A stretch of 64,000 nt of DNA from assembly GCA_016745015.1 (NCBI GenBank), contig JADGDH010000001.1, forward strand, positions 6,602-70,601, given 5' to 3'. The notes under the pieces were generated by a model. The model was not told where the DNA came from. It worked only from the letters and a program-made list of their open reading frames with translations, and made no database searches. Shown piece by piece: positions 31,453 to 41,988 of this stretch. Each line of letters starts with the position of its first letter. Position 1 is the stretch's first letter. The translations under genes were made by a program, and so were the position numbers. This DNA is from Colwellia sp. (lineage in GTDB: Bacteria > Pseudomonadota > Gammaproteobacteria > Enterobacterales > Alteromonadaceae).

Positions 31453-32592
31453 ATGGCATATTGGATAGCAAGCTCACCCCATAATCATAACCAAGCAGAA
31501 ACGTCTGCCTTAATGCGTTTAGTAATTTATGCGCTATTACCTGGTATATTTGCCCAGTGGTACTTCTTTGGTTGGGGTAATATTATTCATATATCATTAG
31601 CGGTTACGACAGCATTATTGTGTGAATTTATCACTTTATCACTAAGAAGTAAGAGCAATAAAGCAAATATTAGAAAGCAACTTTTCGATGGTAGTGCCAT
31701 ACTCACGGCGATATTACTAGGTATATGTTTACCTGCCATTGCACCATGGTGGATTTCAGTTATTGGTGCCGCATTTGCTATTTTAGTCGTCAAACAACTT
31801 TATGGTGGCTTAGGGCATAATCCATTTAATCCAGCGATGGCAGCTTACGTTATGCTATTAATTTCATTTCCTATTCAAATGACTTCATGGCAACCAACAT
31901 TATCTTTAATAAATATTGATTTAGATTTTGCTAATACTTTCAGCACAGTATTTTCCGGTTTCACTCTTGATGGTTATTCGGTAGAACAATTACGCACTAG
32001 CATTGACGGTTTCACTATGGCAACACCATTAGATACGTTAAAAACAAATTTAGGTCTAGGTTTCACTGTTTTTGAAACAATGCAAAACAATATATTCTCT
32101 AGTAGTTTACCCTTAAGCTTAGGATTTTCATTGGGTTGGGAGTGGGTAAATATCGCTTTTCTTGCTGGCGGTTTAGTATTAATAGCTAAAAAAGCTATTG
32201 CTTGGCAAACACCTATTAGCTTCTTATTAAGTTTATTTGTATGTTCATTTGTTGCTTATACCATCAGCCCAGATAGTAGTGCATCTACCCTCTTTCATTG
32301 GCTAACAGGTGGCTGCATGTTAGGTGCTTTCTTTATTCTCACTGACCCCGTGACTGGCGCAACTAGTGTAAAAGGACGTTTAATAATTGGTGCTCTAGCA
32401 GGGTTATTAGTGTATTTAATCCGAACCTTTGGTGGTTATCCTGACGGTGTTGCTTTTGCTGTATTGCTTTGTAACATGGCAGCACCTTTAGTTGATCAAT
32501 ATACTCGGCCACGCACCTATGGCCACAATATTGATAGTGCCGAAGCTTCAATACTTAAAGAAAAGCCAAACAAGCAAGGAGAGGTTGAATAA
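31453..32592 (+). CDS. rsxD: Rnf/Rsx subunit D
   Basis: SSPH, GGLGHNPFNPAM, FMN-Thr DGFTMATPL, FFILTDPVT. Confidence 0.97.
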   Translation: MAYWIASSPHNHNQAETSALMRLVIYALLPGIFAQWYFFGWGNIIHISLAVTTALLCEFITLSLRSKSNKANIRKQLFDGSAILTAILLGICLPAIAPWWISVIGAAFAILVVKQLYGGLGHNPFNPAMAAYVMLLISFPIQMTSWQPTLSLINIDLDFANTFSTVFSGFTLDGYSVEQLRTSIDGFTMATPLDTLKTNLGLGFTVFETMQNNIFSSSLPLSLGFSLGWEWVNIAFLAGGLVLIAKKAIAWQTPISFLLSLFVCSFVAYTISPDSSASTLFHWLTGGCMLGAFFILTDPVTGATSVKGRLIIGALAGLLVYLIRTFGGYPDGVAFAVLLCNMAAPLVDQYTRPRTYGHNIDSAEASILKEKPNKQGEVE

Positions 32593-33347
32593 TGACTGCT
32601 CCATTAGCACCTAAGAAAGAGTCCAAAAATAACTCACACTTTCGTTTACCCATACAAAAAAACAGTCAAATATTGGCAGTATTCGCCATAGTTTGTACCG
32701 CAATTGTTGGCTTAGTGAATGAGCTAACAAAAGATAGAATTACAGCACAAGCGCAACTAAAGCTATTAAACACTTTGCACAGTATCATTGAGCCTAACCG
32801 TTATAATAATGATATAACTCAAGATTGTGTAAATTTTAGTTCATCTTTACTTAGCAGTTCAGAAAACGGTTCAAAAAACAAACAAACAAACAAAATAGCT
32901 TATATTGCTCGTAACAATTCAACTCCCATAGCAATTGCTATAACGAGCACAGCACCTGATGGTTACAATGGCAATATTGAACTTATTGTGGCTATTAATA
33001 TGGATAATAGCATCAGTGGTGTTAGGGTATTAAAACATCAAGAAACGCCAGGATTAGGCGATAAAGTAGAAATTAGAAAAAGTGATTGGATCACAAATTT
33101 CAATGGCAAAAAATTACTTTCTGAAAAAGATAGCCGTTGGGCTGTAGTTAAAGACGGCGGTATGTTTGATCAATTTACTGGCGCAACCATAACCCCACGA
33201 GCAGTGATTAAAGCGGTAAGGAACACACTTCATCACTTCAAAGACAACAAGCATTCACTGTTAACACTTCCCAATAGCTGTTTTATCAATAATCAAGCAT
33301 CTCAAGCAGCAAACGATAGTAAAAGTGAGGTAAGTAATGAGCATTAA
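32592..33347 (+). CDS. rsxG: Rnf/Rsx subunit G
   Basis: [21 protein letters not shown] motif DQFTGATIT. Confidence 0.96.
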   Translation: MTAPLAPKKESKNNSHFRLPIQKNSQILAVFAIVCTAIVGLVNELTKDRITAQAQLKLLNTLHSIIEPNRYNNDITQDCVNFSSSLLSSSENGSKNKQTNKIAYIARNNSTPIAIAITSTAPDGYNGNIELIVAINMDNSISGVRVLKHQETPGLGDKVEIRKSDWITNFNGKKLLSEKDSRWAVVKDGGMFDQFTGATITPRAVIKAVRNTLHHFKDNKHSLLTLPNSCFINNQASQAANDSKSEVSNEH

Positions 33348-34143
33348 TGATGAAAATATAACAAGCGGGTCGCTAGAGCTTAATGCTGAGTCAGACAATA
33401 ACTTAACAGAGACAGCAGAAGAGAAATCATTAGCTAAACAAACACTCAAAGCTGAATATAAAGAATTGGCTATTCAAGGTTTATGGAAAAACAACCCTGG
33501 CTTAGTTCAGTTATTGGGGCTTTGCCCACTGCTTGCCGTTACCGCAACAGTCACAAATGCCTTAGGTTTAGGGCTGGCTACTTTACTTGTCTTGGTGTGT
33601 TCAAATGCAACGGTTTCAGCCGTTCGTCACTGGGTACCTAAAGAAATTCGTATTCCTATTTTTGTATTAATTATTGCTGCTTTTGTTACTTGCGTACAAT
33701 TATTGATGAATGCATATACTTACGGTATTTATCAATCGTTAGGGATATTTTTACCTTTAATAGTCACTAACTGCGCTATTATTGGTAGAGCTGAAGCTTA
33801 TGCCTCTAAAAACCCAATTAAACAAGCAACCTTTGACGGCTTAATGATGGGTATAGGTTTTGCGTTAGTTTTAGTTGTACTGGGCGCTATTCGAGAAATT
33901 TTAGGGCAAGGAACATTGTTTGATGGTGCAAACTTGCTACTTGGCGATTGGGCAAGCGTTTTACGCATAGAGGTTTACCAACTAGATAGCCAATTTTTAC
34001 TCGCCATTTTACCTCCGGGCGCATTTATTGCCATGGGTTTTATCATTGCACTAAAAAATGCCATAGATGCTAATATGAAGCAACGTCAACCAAAAATAGA
34101 AAAACAAACTATTGAGCGAGTTAGAGTCAACTTTGACTCATAG
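33337..34143 (+). CDS. rsxE: Rnf/Rsx subunit E
   Basis: [22 protein letters not shown]; LPLIVTNC; AILPPGAF. Has an acidic N-terminal extension. Confidence 0.96.
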   Translation: MSINDENITSGSLELNAESDNNLTETAEEKSLAKQTLKAEYKELAIQGLWKNNPGLVQLLGLCPLLAVTATVTNALGLGLATLLVLVCSNATVSAVRHWVPKEIRIPIFVLIIAAFVTCVQLLMNAYTYGIYQSLGIFLPLIVTNCAIIGRAEAYASKNPIKQATFDGLMMGIGFALVLVVLGAIREILGQGTLFDGANLLLGDWASVLRIEVYQLDSQFLLAILPPGAFIAMGFIIALKNAIDANMKQRQPKIEKQTIERVRVNFDS

Positions 34144-34235
34144 AGATATAGAAATAAGTTAATAGTGACAAGTTGTAAAGATCAAAAGAAATAAACAAGT
34201 GGCGAGTGATAAAAGTAAATGAGTGAATAATAAAA

Positions 34236-34895
34236 ATGAATAAAGAAAAACGTTTAGAGATCCTAACAAGGCTGCGTAATAACAACCCAGAGCCAACCAC
34301 AGAGTTAAACTTCAACACACCATTTGAATTATTAATAGCCGTATTACTTTCAGCCCAAGCAACAGATATAAGTGTAAATAAAGCAACAGCTAAACTATAC
34401 CCTGTAGCCAACACACCACAAGCAATATTAGATTTAGGCCTTGAAGGATTAATATCTTATGTGAAAACTATTGGCTTATTCAATACCAAAGCTAAAAACA
34501 CACTGAAAACTTGCCAAATGTTGGTTGATTTACATGGCGGTGAAGTACCTGAAAATAGAACTGATCTAGAAGCACTGCCAGGCGTTGGAAGAAAGACAGC
34601 TAACGTAGTTCTCAATACTGCTTTTGGTTGGCTAAAAGATAATGAAAATAAATACTTTTTGGCAGTAGATACTCATATCCAAAGACTCGCAAACCGCACT
34701 GGTTATGCCAAAGGTAAAACAGTTGAACAAACAGAACAAGCAATAATTAAAAACACGCCAAAAAAAACTGAATTCATGTTTAATTTACATCATTGGTTTA
34801 TTCTGCATGGTCGCTATACTTGTACTGCTAGGAGGCCAAAGTGCGGATCATGTATTATTGAAGATCTATGTGACTTTAAAGATAAAGAAGACTAG
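34236..34895 (+). CDS. nth: Endonuclease III
   Basis: LLSAQATD, HhH LPGVGRKTA, VDTH, C-x6-C-x2-C-x5-C Fe-S motif. Confidence 0.97.
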   Translation: MNKEKRLEILTRLRNNNPEPTTELNFNTPFELLIAVLLSAQATDISVNKATAKLYPVANTPQAILDLGLEGLISYVKTIGLFNTKAKNTLKTCQMLVDLHGGEVPENRTDLEALPGVGRKTANVVLNTAFGWLKDNENKYFLAVDTHIQRLANRTGYAKGKTVEQTEQAIIKNTPKKTEFMFNLHHWFILHGRYTCTARRPKCGSCIIEDLCDFKDKED

Positions 34896-35014
34896 TTTCA
34901 CAGTTAAATAAACTAAAACTAGAGCGATAAAATAATTGCCCTAGCTTTACATACTAGCAGGATCAATCAATAACTAAGAAAGATCCTTATAAAATCATTT
35001 TCCTTGATAAATAA

Positions 35015-36835
35015 TTACAAAAACGATAACAATTCTTGATCAAGTTGCATCAAAGTTTTTGGATCTGCCATCATTGTTTTTGCTAATGACTTAGTTCTTG
35101 GCAACATACGTTCAAAGTAAAACTCTGCTGTTTTAATTTTTGCACGATAAAAATCACGGTTTTCAACGTCAGTCGCAAGCTTTTCATAAGATGTTTGTGC
35201 CATTTGAGCCCAAAAATAAGCCATCACTATATAGCCAGAATACATTAAGTAATCAACAGAAGCTGAACCAACAATATCTCTATCTTTCTTCGCTTTAAGC
35301 GCTAACCTAAGCGAGTATTGTTGCCAGTTTGCTACCGCTGCACCTAATGGCCATATAAATTTATTCATTTGACGTTTATGTGGGTTGCTTGAAATCATAC
35401 TTTTATCTTTGCAGAACATTAAAACTTCTTTAGCAAATGCTTTTAATGATTTACCGCGAGTAAGTAAAATTTTACGGCCAAGTAAATCTAACGCTTGTAT
35501 ACCTGTTGTTCCTTCATAAAGCGTTGCAATTCTAGCATCACGAACAATCTGCTCCATGCCCCACTCTTTAATAAAGCCATGACCACCAAATATTTGTAGG
35601 CCATGATTTGCACTTTCTGAGCCAAGCTCTGTTAAAAATGCTTTAAGGATTGGTGTAATAAAGCCTAAACGATCATCAGCTGCTGCTTTTTCAGCATCAG
35701 TTTTCGCCATTTCAATCTCATCAACAATTTTAGCTGTATAATAAATCATGGCACGCCCACCTTCAGAGATGGCTTTTTGTGTCAAAAGCATTTTACGAAC
35801 ATCTGGATGAACAATGATAGGATCAGCCACTTGATCAGGGAATTTTTTACCTGTAAGCGCACGCATAGACAAGCGTTCTTTCGCATAAATCAAAGAATTT
35901 TGATAAGCCAATTCAGCACTACAAATACCTTGTAAGGCAGTACCTACACGCGCAGTATTCATAAAGGTGAACATACATTCTAGCCCTTTATTTTCTGGCC
36001 CAATAAGTTCACCAACTGCATTGTCAAAATTTAACACTGCCGTTGCAGAAGCTTTAATGCCCATTTTATCTTCAATAGAACCACAAGTAACGTGATTAGA
36101 CTCACCTAAATTACCCTGCGCATCAGTTTTAATTTTAGGTACAATAAATAAAGAAATTCCACGAGTACCTGCAGGTGCTCCAGGCAGCCTTGCAAGCACA
36201 ATATGTATAATGTTATCAGTTAAATCATGATCACCTGCTGAAATAAATATTTTAGTGCCAGTAATATTATAGGTTCCATCTCCATTAGGCTCAGCTTTAG
36301 TTTTAACTTGTCCTAAATCTGTACCACATTGCGGCTCAGTTAAACACATAGTGCCTGTCCATGTACCTTCAGTTAATCGAGTTAAATACAACTCTTTTTG
36401 TGCTGCGCTACCATGAGTTTGTACCGTATTCATCGCTCCATGACTTAAACCTGGATACATAGTCCAAGACCAATTAGCTGTACCCATCAGTTCTGATTTG
36501 ATCATACCCAGCGATGGTGGTAAACCTTGACCGCCATGCTCAAGAGGATGAGATAGGCTTTGCCAGCCTCCTTCAACATATTTGTTATATGCTTCCTTAA
36601 AACCTTTTGGGGTAATTACATTGCCATTATCATAAGTACAACCTTCTTTATCACCGCTTTGGTATAAGGGTAATAGCTCATTTTCACAAAACTTTGCACA
36701 CTCTTGTAAAATAGCATCAGTTAGATCAGGTGTTGCCTCTTCAAATTCAGGATATTTTTTATAGTGATCATAATAATCAAATACATCTTCCATTAAAAAC
36801 TTAATGTCTGCTATGGGTGCTTTGTAACTAAGCAT
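35015..36835 (-). CDS. Acyl-CoA dehydrogenase (long, about 600 aa family)
   Basis: GTMCLTEPQCGTDL, GTKIFISAG, KMGIKAS, FGGHGFIKEWGMEQ..RDARI...YEGTTGIQA. Confidence 0.92.
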   Translation of the reverse strand: MLSYKAPIADIKFLMEDVFDYYDHYKKYPEFEEATPDLTDAILQECAKFCENELLPLYQSGDKEGCTYDNGNVITPKGFKEAYNKYVEGGWQSLSHPLEHGGQGLPPSLGMIKSELMGTANWSWTMYPGLSHGAMNTVQTHGSAAQKELYLTRLTEGTWTGTMCLTEPQCGTDLGQVKTKAEPNGDGTYNITGTKIFISAGDHDLTDNIIHIVLARLPGAPAGTRGISLFIVPKIKTDAQGNLGESNHVTCGSIEDKMGIKASATAVLNFDNAVGELIGPENKGLECMFTFMNTARVGTALQGICSAELAYQNSLIYAKERLSMRALTGKKFPDQVADPIIVHPDVRKMLLTQKAISEGGRAMIYYTAKIVDEIEMAKTDAEKAAADDRLGFITPILKAFLTELGSESANHGLQIFGGHGFIKEWGMEQIVRDARIATLYEGTTGIQALDLLGRKILLTRGKSLKAFAKEVLMFCKDKSMISSNPHKRQMNKFIWPLGAAVANWQQYSLRLALKAKKDRDIVGSASVDYLMYSGYIVMAYFWAQMAQTSYEKLATDVENRDFYRAKIKTAEFYFERMLPRTKSLAKTMMADPKTLMQLDQELLSFL

Positions 36836-36954
36836 ATTTTACTCCTACCATTCAGGTAATTTGTAGTGCTGTAATTATAATCAATAATGTATCAAAAAAC
36901 TCAATATTTTGAGTTCACCTGAATATATGATTATAGATAATAACCTTGATTAAA

Positions 36955-36971
36955 CACTGGTCGTACCACTT
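36955..36971 (-). promoter_or_regulatory. FadR-like operator upstream of the acyl-CoA dehydrogenase
   Basis: Minus strand AAGTGGTACGACCAGTG matches the FadR palindrome pattern (TGGTnnGACCAG), about 120 nt upstream of the ATG. Confidence 0.65.
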
Positions 36972-37123
36972 ATTCAAGTTATTTCTGATGTTTTTCAATA
37001 AAAAATTTTAGTTTTTATTTATATACTGTTTATAATTCAAGTTTTAATTATTCAAATAAAACAAAACAATCAATATATACTTATGATTTAAAAGAAATTA
37101 ATTTTTTGTTGATAAAACAAGTC

Positions 37124-37160
37124 AAATAAAAACCGCTAAGATTAACTAGCGGTTTTATTT
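37124..37160 (-). terminator. Intrinsic terminator after the TonB-dependent receptor
   Basis: AAATAAAAACCGCTA...TAGCGGTTTTATTT inverted repeat. Confidence 0.75.
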
Positions 37161-37186
37161 TAGTCGTATTATTTTTTTAAGTAATA

Positions 37187-40180
37187 CTAGAATGTATATT
37201 CAGCACCTGCATAGTAAAATGCTCCATTAAAACCAAATGGTGCAGAACGACGAGAATAGGTAAATACCCCTTGACTGTCTACAACCGAGTTACCACTGCC
37301 ATCAACAATACTTCCTGTTCGAGAGTTACCAATCTCATTTTTGTCTGGGTAAACATCAAATAAGTTATTGCCACCAATATTAAATGATAAGTTATCAGTC
37401 ATTTGATAACTAACACGCAAGTCAGTTAATACTTCTGCGCCATAGGTTTGTCTACCGCCATCAGTAATAGTGTATTCGCCATAACGATTAAAAGCTAAAT
37501 TAACAGTAAAATCACCAACTCTATACAAACCACTTAAGCTTATGCGATCTTGTGGTTGCCATTCTTCAATAATAGAAATATCTTGCTCAGAAAATATTTC
37601 TTCTGGTGGAATATCACCTAACCCACTATCTTCTGGCGCAAAAATACTCACCACATCTGTTTCTGTGAAATTAGCAGCAAACGTTAAATCTAAATCTCCA
37701 CCTAATAACTCAGTATTCCAAGTTGCAATAATATCAATGCCTGTTGTTTCAGTATCAGCACCATTTAAGAAAAACTGTCCACCTCCAGCACCAGAAGCTT
37801 TTAAAGCTGCATCTAATGCAGGAGATAAGCCTTGTCCTAAGGAATTACTTAGTACAATGCGATCATCGATGTTAATCGAATACCAATCAATGGTTAAGTT
37901 TATATTATCGCTAAGTTGAATAACGGTACCTAAACTTAAGTTAGTCGACTCTTCTTCTTTTAATTCTGGAATACCAATAGCTTGTGCTAAAGTAGAATCA
38001 TTGCGAAAGGTACCAACTTGAACGGCAATTTGGTCACCGCTAGGATCATCTGGGTTACTTTTAAACTGAGTACTGATATTATTGAAGTATAATTGCTGCA
38101 TTGATGGCGCTCTAAAACCTGTACTCACAGCACCACGAATAGCTATAGTTTCGGTTAAAGACCAATTAGCGGCAAGTTTGAAATTGGTACTATCACCAAA
38201 ACCTTCATAGTCATCATAACGAGCGGCTCCGCTAACAATTAAATCTTCAGTGACTTCCATTTCTACATCCGCATAGAAAGAGATAACATCACGAGTTTCA
38301 TCAACCGCTGAAACAGGGCCTATACCACCAAAACCTTGAGTACCAGCACTTCTATCTGTAGCAAACAAACTTTCACCCAAAACGGTATCGTAATCTCTAA
38401 AAGAATACTCATCACCAGGAGTAATTTTATAGGTGTCAGTTCGAATTTCGGCGCCCATTGCTAATGAGAATAGTTCGAAGTCTTGAGTATAATCAAGATT
38501 CAAGGTTGATAAGGCTAGCTCTAATCCGTAAGCAAAAGCTTCGCGAGGCACAGAGTTACGAATTTCATCGGGTGTAATGTTTGCAAGAGAGCCATCAGCA
38601 TTATATTGCAATGCGTTAGCAAAAGATGAGTTAATTGTATCACTCGTTTTATAGTCAATATTATTTTGACCATAGGTATATGAAAAATCTAAACCTGCAC
38701 CATTTTCAAATTCAGTTTGATAACCAAAGTTATAAGAAACATCCTTAATGTCTGAATTTATTTTAGGTAAAAATCCTGCAGGGATAGTAGCATCACCATC
38801 TTGTAAAGGGGCATTACCCCCATTATTCGCATTATGACGGAAAAAAGCAGCAGATTCGTTATCACGCTTTGAGTAGGTGATAAAACCGTAAAGCTCACCA
38901 TCGCCTAATTGATAACCGGTATTAACTGTTAAACCAAACTGATTTGAATCAGCATCACCAATTCTAAAGGTATTACGAGTTGCCGTAGCTTCACGCGGAT
39001 CACCTAACAACATACTGCCATTACCAGCATCGGTACAACCAGAAAATTGACAAGAACCGTGTAAACCAGCTCTGTTGGTATAACCGCGATCACGAAAATT
39101 TAATGTCGTATTTAAATAACCACTATCACCTAATGCAAAGCCTTTTGATATATCAATATTGGTGGTTTCACCATCTCCTTCTGAGTACTCTCCATAATTT
39201 ACTGCCACCTTACCGCCATCATCAGCATCATTTAAAACAATATTAATTACCCCTGCAATAGCATCAGAGCCATACTGGGCTGCTGCACCATCTCGTAATA
39301 CTTCTATACGTTTTATTGCAGCAGCGGGAATAGCATTCATGTCTGTGCCTGCGGTGCCTCGCCCCACTGAAGTGTTAATGTGAATTAAACTGGCTTGGTG
39401 ACGACGTTTACCATTAATAAGTACTAGGGTTTGATCTGGTCCTAAGCCACGTAAGGTTGCTGGACGTAAGGCATCGGTGCCATCACTAATAGCTGAACTG
39501 GAAAAATTAAAAGAAGGCGCAATAGCTTGTAGCATTCTACCTACTTCAGTTTGGCCTGTATTAGCTAAAGCTTCAGCTGAAAGAATATCAACAGGTACTG
39601 GTAAGTCATCGGCTGATCGGCCTGCTACACGGCTACCAATAATAGATATTTTTTCTACTTCTTGTTCTGCTACCTGCGCTGGTTCTTGAGCCAAAGCAGT
39701 TTGACTAGCAGCACCTAATATCATAGGCACCAAAACGGTTTTTATTGTTTTATTTTTCATTGTTGTAATTCCTCTATAGTGTTTATCAACTTGAATGCTC
39801 AGTTGACCAGAGTTATTAACAACAGCGATTAAGCCAGAACCCTCTAATAATTTTTTTAGGCCTGACTCTACTGAGTAGTAGCCTTTTAATGTATTTGCTT
39901 GATGTTGCTTAGTTAAATCAAACGAAAATATAATGGTTTTATTCGCCTTTTGTGCAAATGCAATTAAAGCTTTGTCAGCTCGCTGTTTATCAATATCAAA
40001 GCGATTCAAATTATCAGCATAAACCCTTGAAGCACTAAACAGCATTAACACAATAGTGAAAATAGTGAAGATACTTTTGAATCTAGCTGTATTTTGAAGC
40101 AAACGAAATAACTTTCGCCAACTGTGCAGTATTAATAAACAGGTGAGCAGGAGAAATCCTCTATTTTTTATAAAAACCAA
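37187..40180 (-). CDS. TonB-dependent receptor/transducer with N-terminal STN signalling domain; probable second start at 39760
   Basis: Signal ending RVYA, STN (FDIDKQRADKALIAFAQKANKTIIF...LKKLLEGSGL), TonB box EKISIIGSR, plug (LRGLGPDQTLVLINGKRRH, IEVLRDGAAAQYGSDAIAGVINI), C-terminal YYAGAEYTF. True upstream start codon uncertain. Confidence 0.92.
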   Translation of the reverse strand: MVFIKNRGFLLLTCLLILHSWRKLFRLLQNTARFKSIFTIFTIVLMLFSASRVYADNLNRFDIDKQRADKALIAFAQKANKTIIFSFDLTKQHQANTLKGYYSVESGLKKLLEGSGLIAVVNNSGQLSIQVDKHYRGITTMKNKTIKTVLVPMILGAASQTALAQEPAQVAEQEVEKISIIGSRVAGRSADDLPVPVDILSAEALANTGQTEVGRMLQAIAPSFNFSSSAISDGTDALRPATLRGLGPDQTLVLINGKRRHQASLIHINTSVGRGTAGTDMNAIPAAAIKRIEVLRDGAAAQYGSDAIAGVINIVLNDADDGGKVAVNYGEYSEGDGETTNIDISKGFALGDSGYLNTTLNFRDRGYTNRAGLHGSCQFSGCTDAGNGSMLLGDPREATATRNTFRIGDADSNQFGLTVNTGYQLGDGELYGFITYSKRDNESAAFFRHNANNGGNAPLQDGDATIPAGFLPKINSDIKDVSYNFGYQTEFENGAGLDFSYTYGQNNIDYKTSDTINSSFANALQYNADGSLANITPDEIRNSVPREAFAYGLELALSTLNLDYTQDFELFSLAMGAEIRTDTYKITPGDEYSFRDYDTVLGESLFATDRSAGTQGFGGIGPVSAVDETRDVISFYADVEMEVTEDLIVSGAARYDDYEGFGDSTNFKLAANWSLTETIAIRGAVSTGFRAPSMQQLYFNNISTQFKSNPDDPSGDQIAVQVGTFRNDSTLAQAIGIPELKEEESTNLSLGTVIQLSDNINLTIDWYSINIDDRIVLSNSLGQGLSPALDAALKASGAGGGQFFLNGADTETTGIDIIATWNTELLGGDLDLTFAANFTETDVVSIFAPEDSGLGDIPPEEIFSEQDISIIEEWQPQDRISLSGLYRVGDFTVNLAFNRYGEYTITDGGRQTYGAEVLTDLRVSYQMTDNLSFNIGGNNLFDVYPDKNEIGNSRTGSIVDGSGNSVVDSQGVFTYSRRSAPFGFNGAFYYAGAEYTF

Positions 40181-40279
40181 TCTAGAATGCTCTAAATTAA
40201 GTTAAATAGCTGAAAATAGCCAGTAATATATGGGGAGAGGAAATAGTATGGATAAAATCAAAGATAGACAATTTAAATG

Positions 40280-41374
40280 TTACTTAGCATAAGCGAGTAA
40301 TATTGTGTTATCAGCACGTTTGCTAAAACTGATATTAAAGTTACTATTGAGTGACGCTAATAACCCATCAACATCATTAGCTTTAAAATAACCAGACACT
40401 TTAACATTGGCTATTTCAGGGTCTACTATTTCAAATTGGTTTGAAGTATATCGACTTACTTCAACTAATGCGGTTGATAATAATTCACCATTAAACACAA
40501 GCATGCCTTGTTGCCAAGCAAGATCTCGTTGTACTTGATCTAATGATATTTTTTGTACTGGCGTAGCAATGTCTTGCTCTATTGTAGCTTTTTCACCTGA
40601 CGTAACTAAAATGCCAGGAAGGTCTATAGCCGCCGTATTTTCATTTGAAATAAGCAATGTTTGTTTTATTATTTCAATAGCTTCGCTTGCTTTGGTAATC
40701 AATACACGGCCTTCAGTGACCATTAATTCCATTTCATGATCACCGTCTTTTTGTACATTAAAAATAGTACCTAAAGCGGTAAAAGATTTTTCACCTGATG
40801 TGACAGTAAATGGTCGAGATTTATCTTTAGCAACATCAAATCTCGCTTCACCTCTAACCAATGTTAGTTGGCGATAGGATACTGTATAAGCTACTTCAAC
40901 AACACTATTAGTATTTAATTGAATATGAGTACCATCACTCATAGTGAAAGTACTTTGTTCACCAATGGGACTACTTAAGATTTGCGTTTGCATTAGGGTT
41001 TGTTCATGAAGAGAGGATAAAAACGGCAAAAATGATTCATCCATGAATGTGTTAACACCGAGTAAAGACACGAGTGCAACACTAGCGGCTAAGGCAATAG
41101 CAGCAAATTTATTACTGGGTTTATTGCTTTTTTCTAAAGGGAATAACCCACTTAACTCATTAAGTACAGAGAGATCATCCCAATAAGAAGCCATTTCAAA
41201 TAAGGTACTATGATGACTTGTATTTTGATTACACCAAATAACTAGCTCTTGTTGTTCGCTTGGGTTTAAACCACGATCCATACGACTTATCCAAAGACAA
41301 GCTTGTTCTTGAATTTGTTCTTTAGAATAAAATTGGCTAATATTATTGGTTTGCATATTCATGTACTTACTCAT
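40280..41374 (-). CDS. FecR-family anti-sigma / transmembrane sensor
   Basis: N-terminal EQACLWISRM...W, one TM segment, GEQSTFTMSDGTHIQLNTNS, ALGTIFNV, AWQQGMLVF. Confidence 0.92.
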   Translation of the reverse strand: MSKYMNMQTNNISQFYSKEQIQEQACLWISRMDRGLNPSEQQELVIWCNQNTSHHSTLFEMASYWDDLSVLNELSGLFPLEKSNKPSNKFAAIALAASVALVSLLGVNTFMDESFLPFLSSLHEQTLMQTQILSSPIGEQSTFTMSDGTHIQLNTNSVVEVAYTVSYRQLTLVRGEARFDVAKDKSRPFTVTSGEKSFTALGTIFNVQKDGDHEMELMVTEGRVLITKASEAIEIIKQTLLISNENTAAIDLPGILVTSGEKATIEQDIATPVQKISLDQVQRDLAWQQGMLVFNGELLSTALVEVSRYTSNQFEIVDPEIANVKVSGYFKANDVDGLLASLNSNFNISFSKRADNTILLAYAK

Positions 41375-41400
41375 TTACACAACAAGTTGTTGCAATCAAC

Positions 41401-41988
41401 TTAACGACCATTTGGCTGCGCTTTTACTTTATTTATTTGAACGTTAGAGCTTTGCTTAGTGTTATAGTTCATCTTTTTCATGTATTGTACACTTTTTAAT
41501 AACCCTTTCGCCACATGCTTCTCAACAGTACTTTCACTCAACTGTAAATATTGCGCTATTTCTTTTTGGCTTAAACCATAGACTTTTTTTAAAATAAAGC
41601 ACTTACGTACAGAGCTTGATAGTTGGTCGGTGGCGCGGCAAAAAGATAAAAAACGTTCTTTCGATTCGTAATCATCTTCAAAGGTTGCGCTAGTTAATTC
41701 GACAGGCGGCTCAACAAAATCCTCTATAGAGTCGTTGAATTTATTATCCCATTTAGCATTATGGTTAAAGGCAAGGTTTTGCGCTGTTTTAAGCATATAA
41801 CTGCGGGCGTACTTAATTTCTTTTTTCAGATTGGCTTCGTAGCTACGAACAAAAGTTTCTTGCACGATATCATCAATATCATCAGTTTTTACGATACGAC
41901 TAATAAAACCACGAATAGTATTTTTATAATCGAGGAAGATATCAGTGAGTTTATTTTTATTATTTTTTTTGTTGGCCATTTTAGTCAT
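41401..41988 (-). CDS. ECF sigma factor (FecI-like)
   Basis: DDIVQETFVR region 2; CFILKKVYGLSQKEIAQYLQLSESTVEKHVAKG region 4; directly upstream of the FecR gene. Confidence 0.92.
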   Translation of the reverse strand: MTKMANKKNNKNKLTDIFLDYKNTIRGFISRIVKTDDIDDIVQETFVRSYEANLKKEIKYARSYMLKTAQNLAFNHNAKWDNKFNDSIEDFVEPPVELTSATFEDDYESKERFLSFCRATDQLSSSVRKCFILKKVYGLSQKEIAQYLQLSESTVEKHVAKGLLKSVQYMKKMNYNTKQSSNVQINKVKAQPNGR

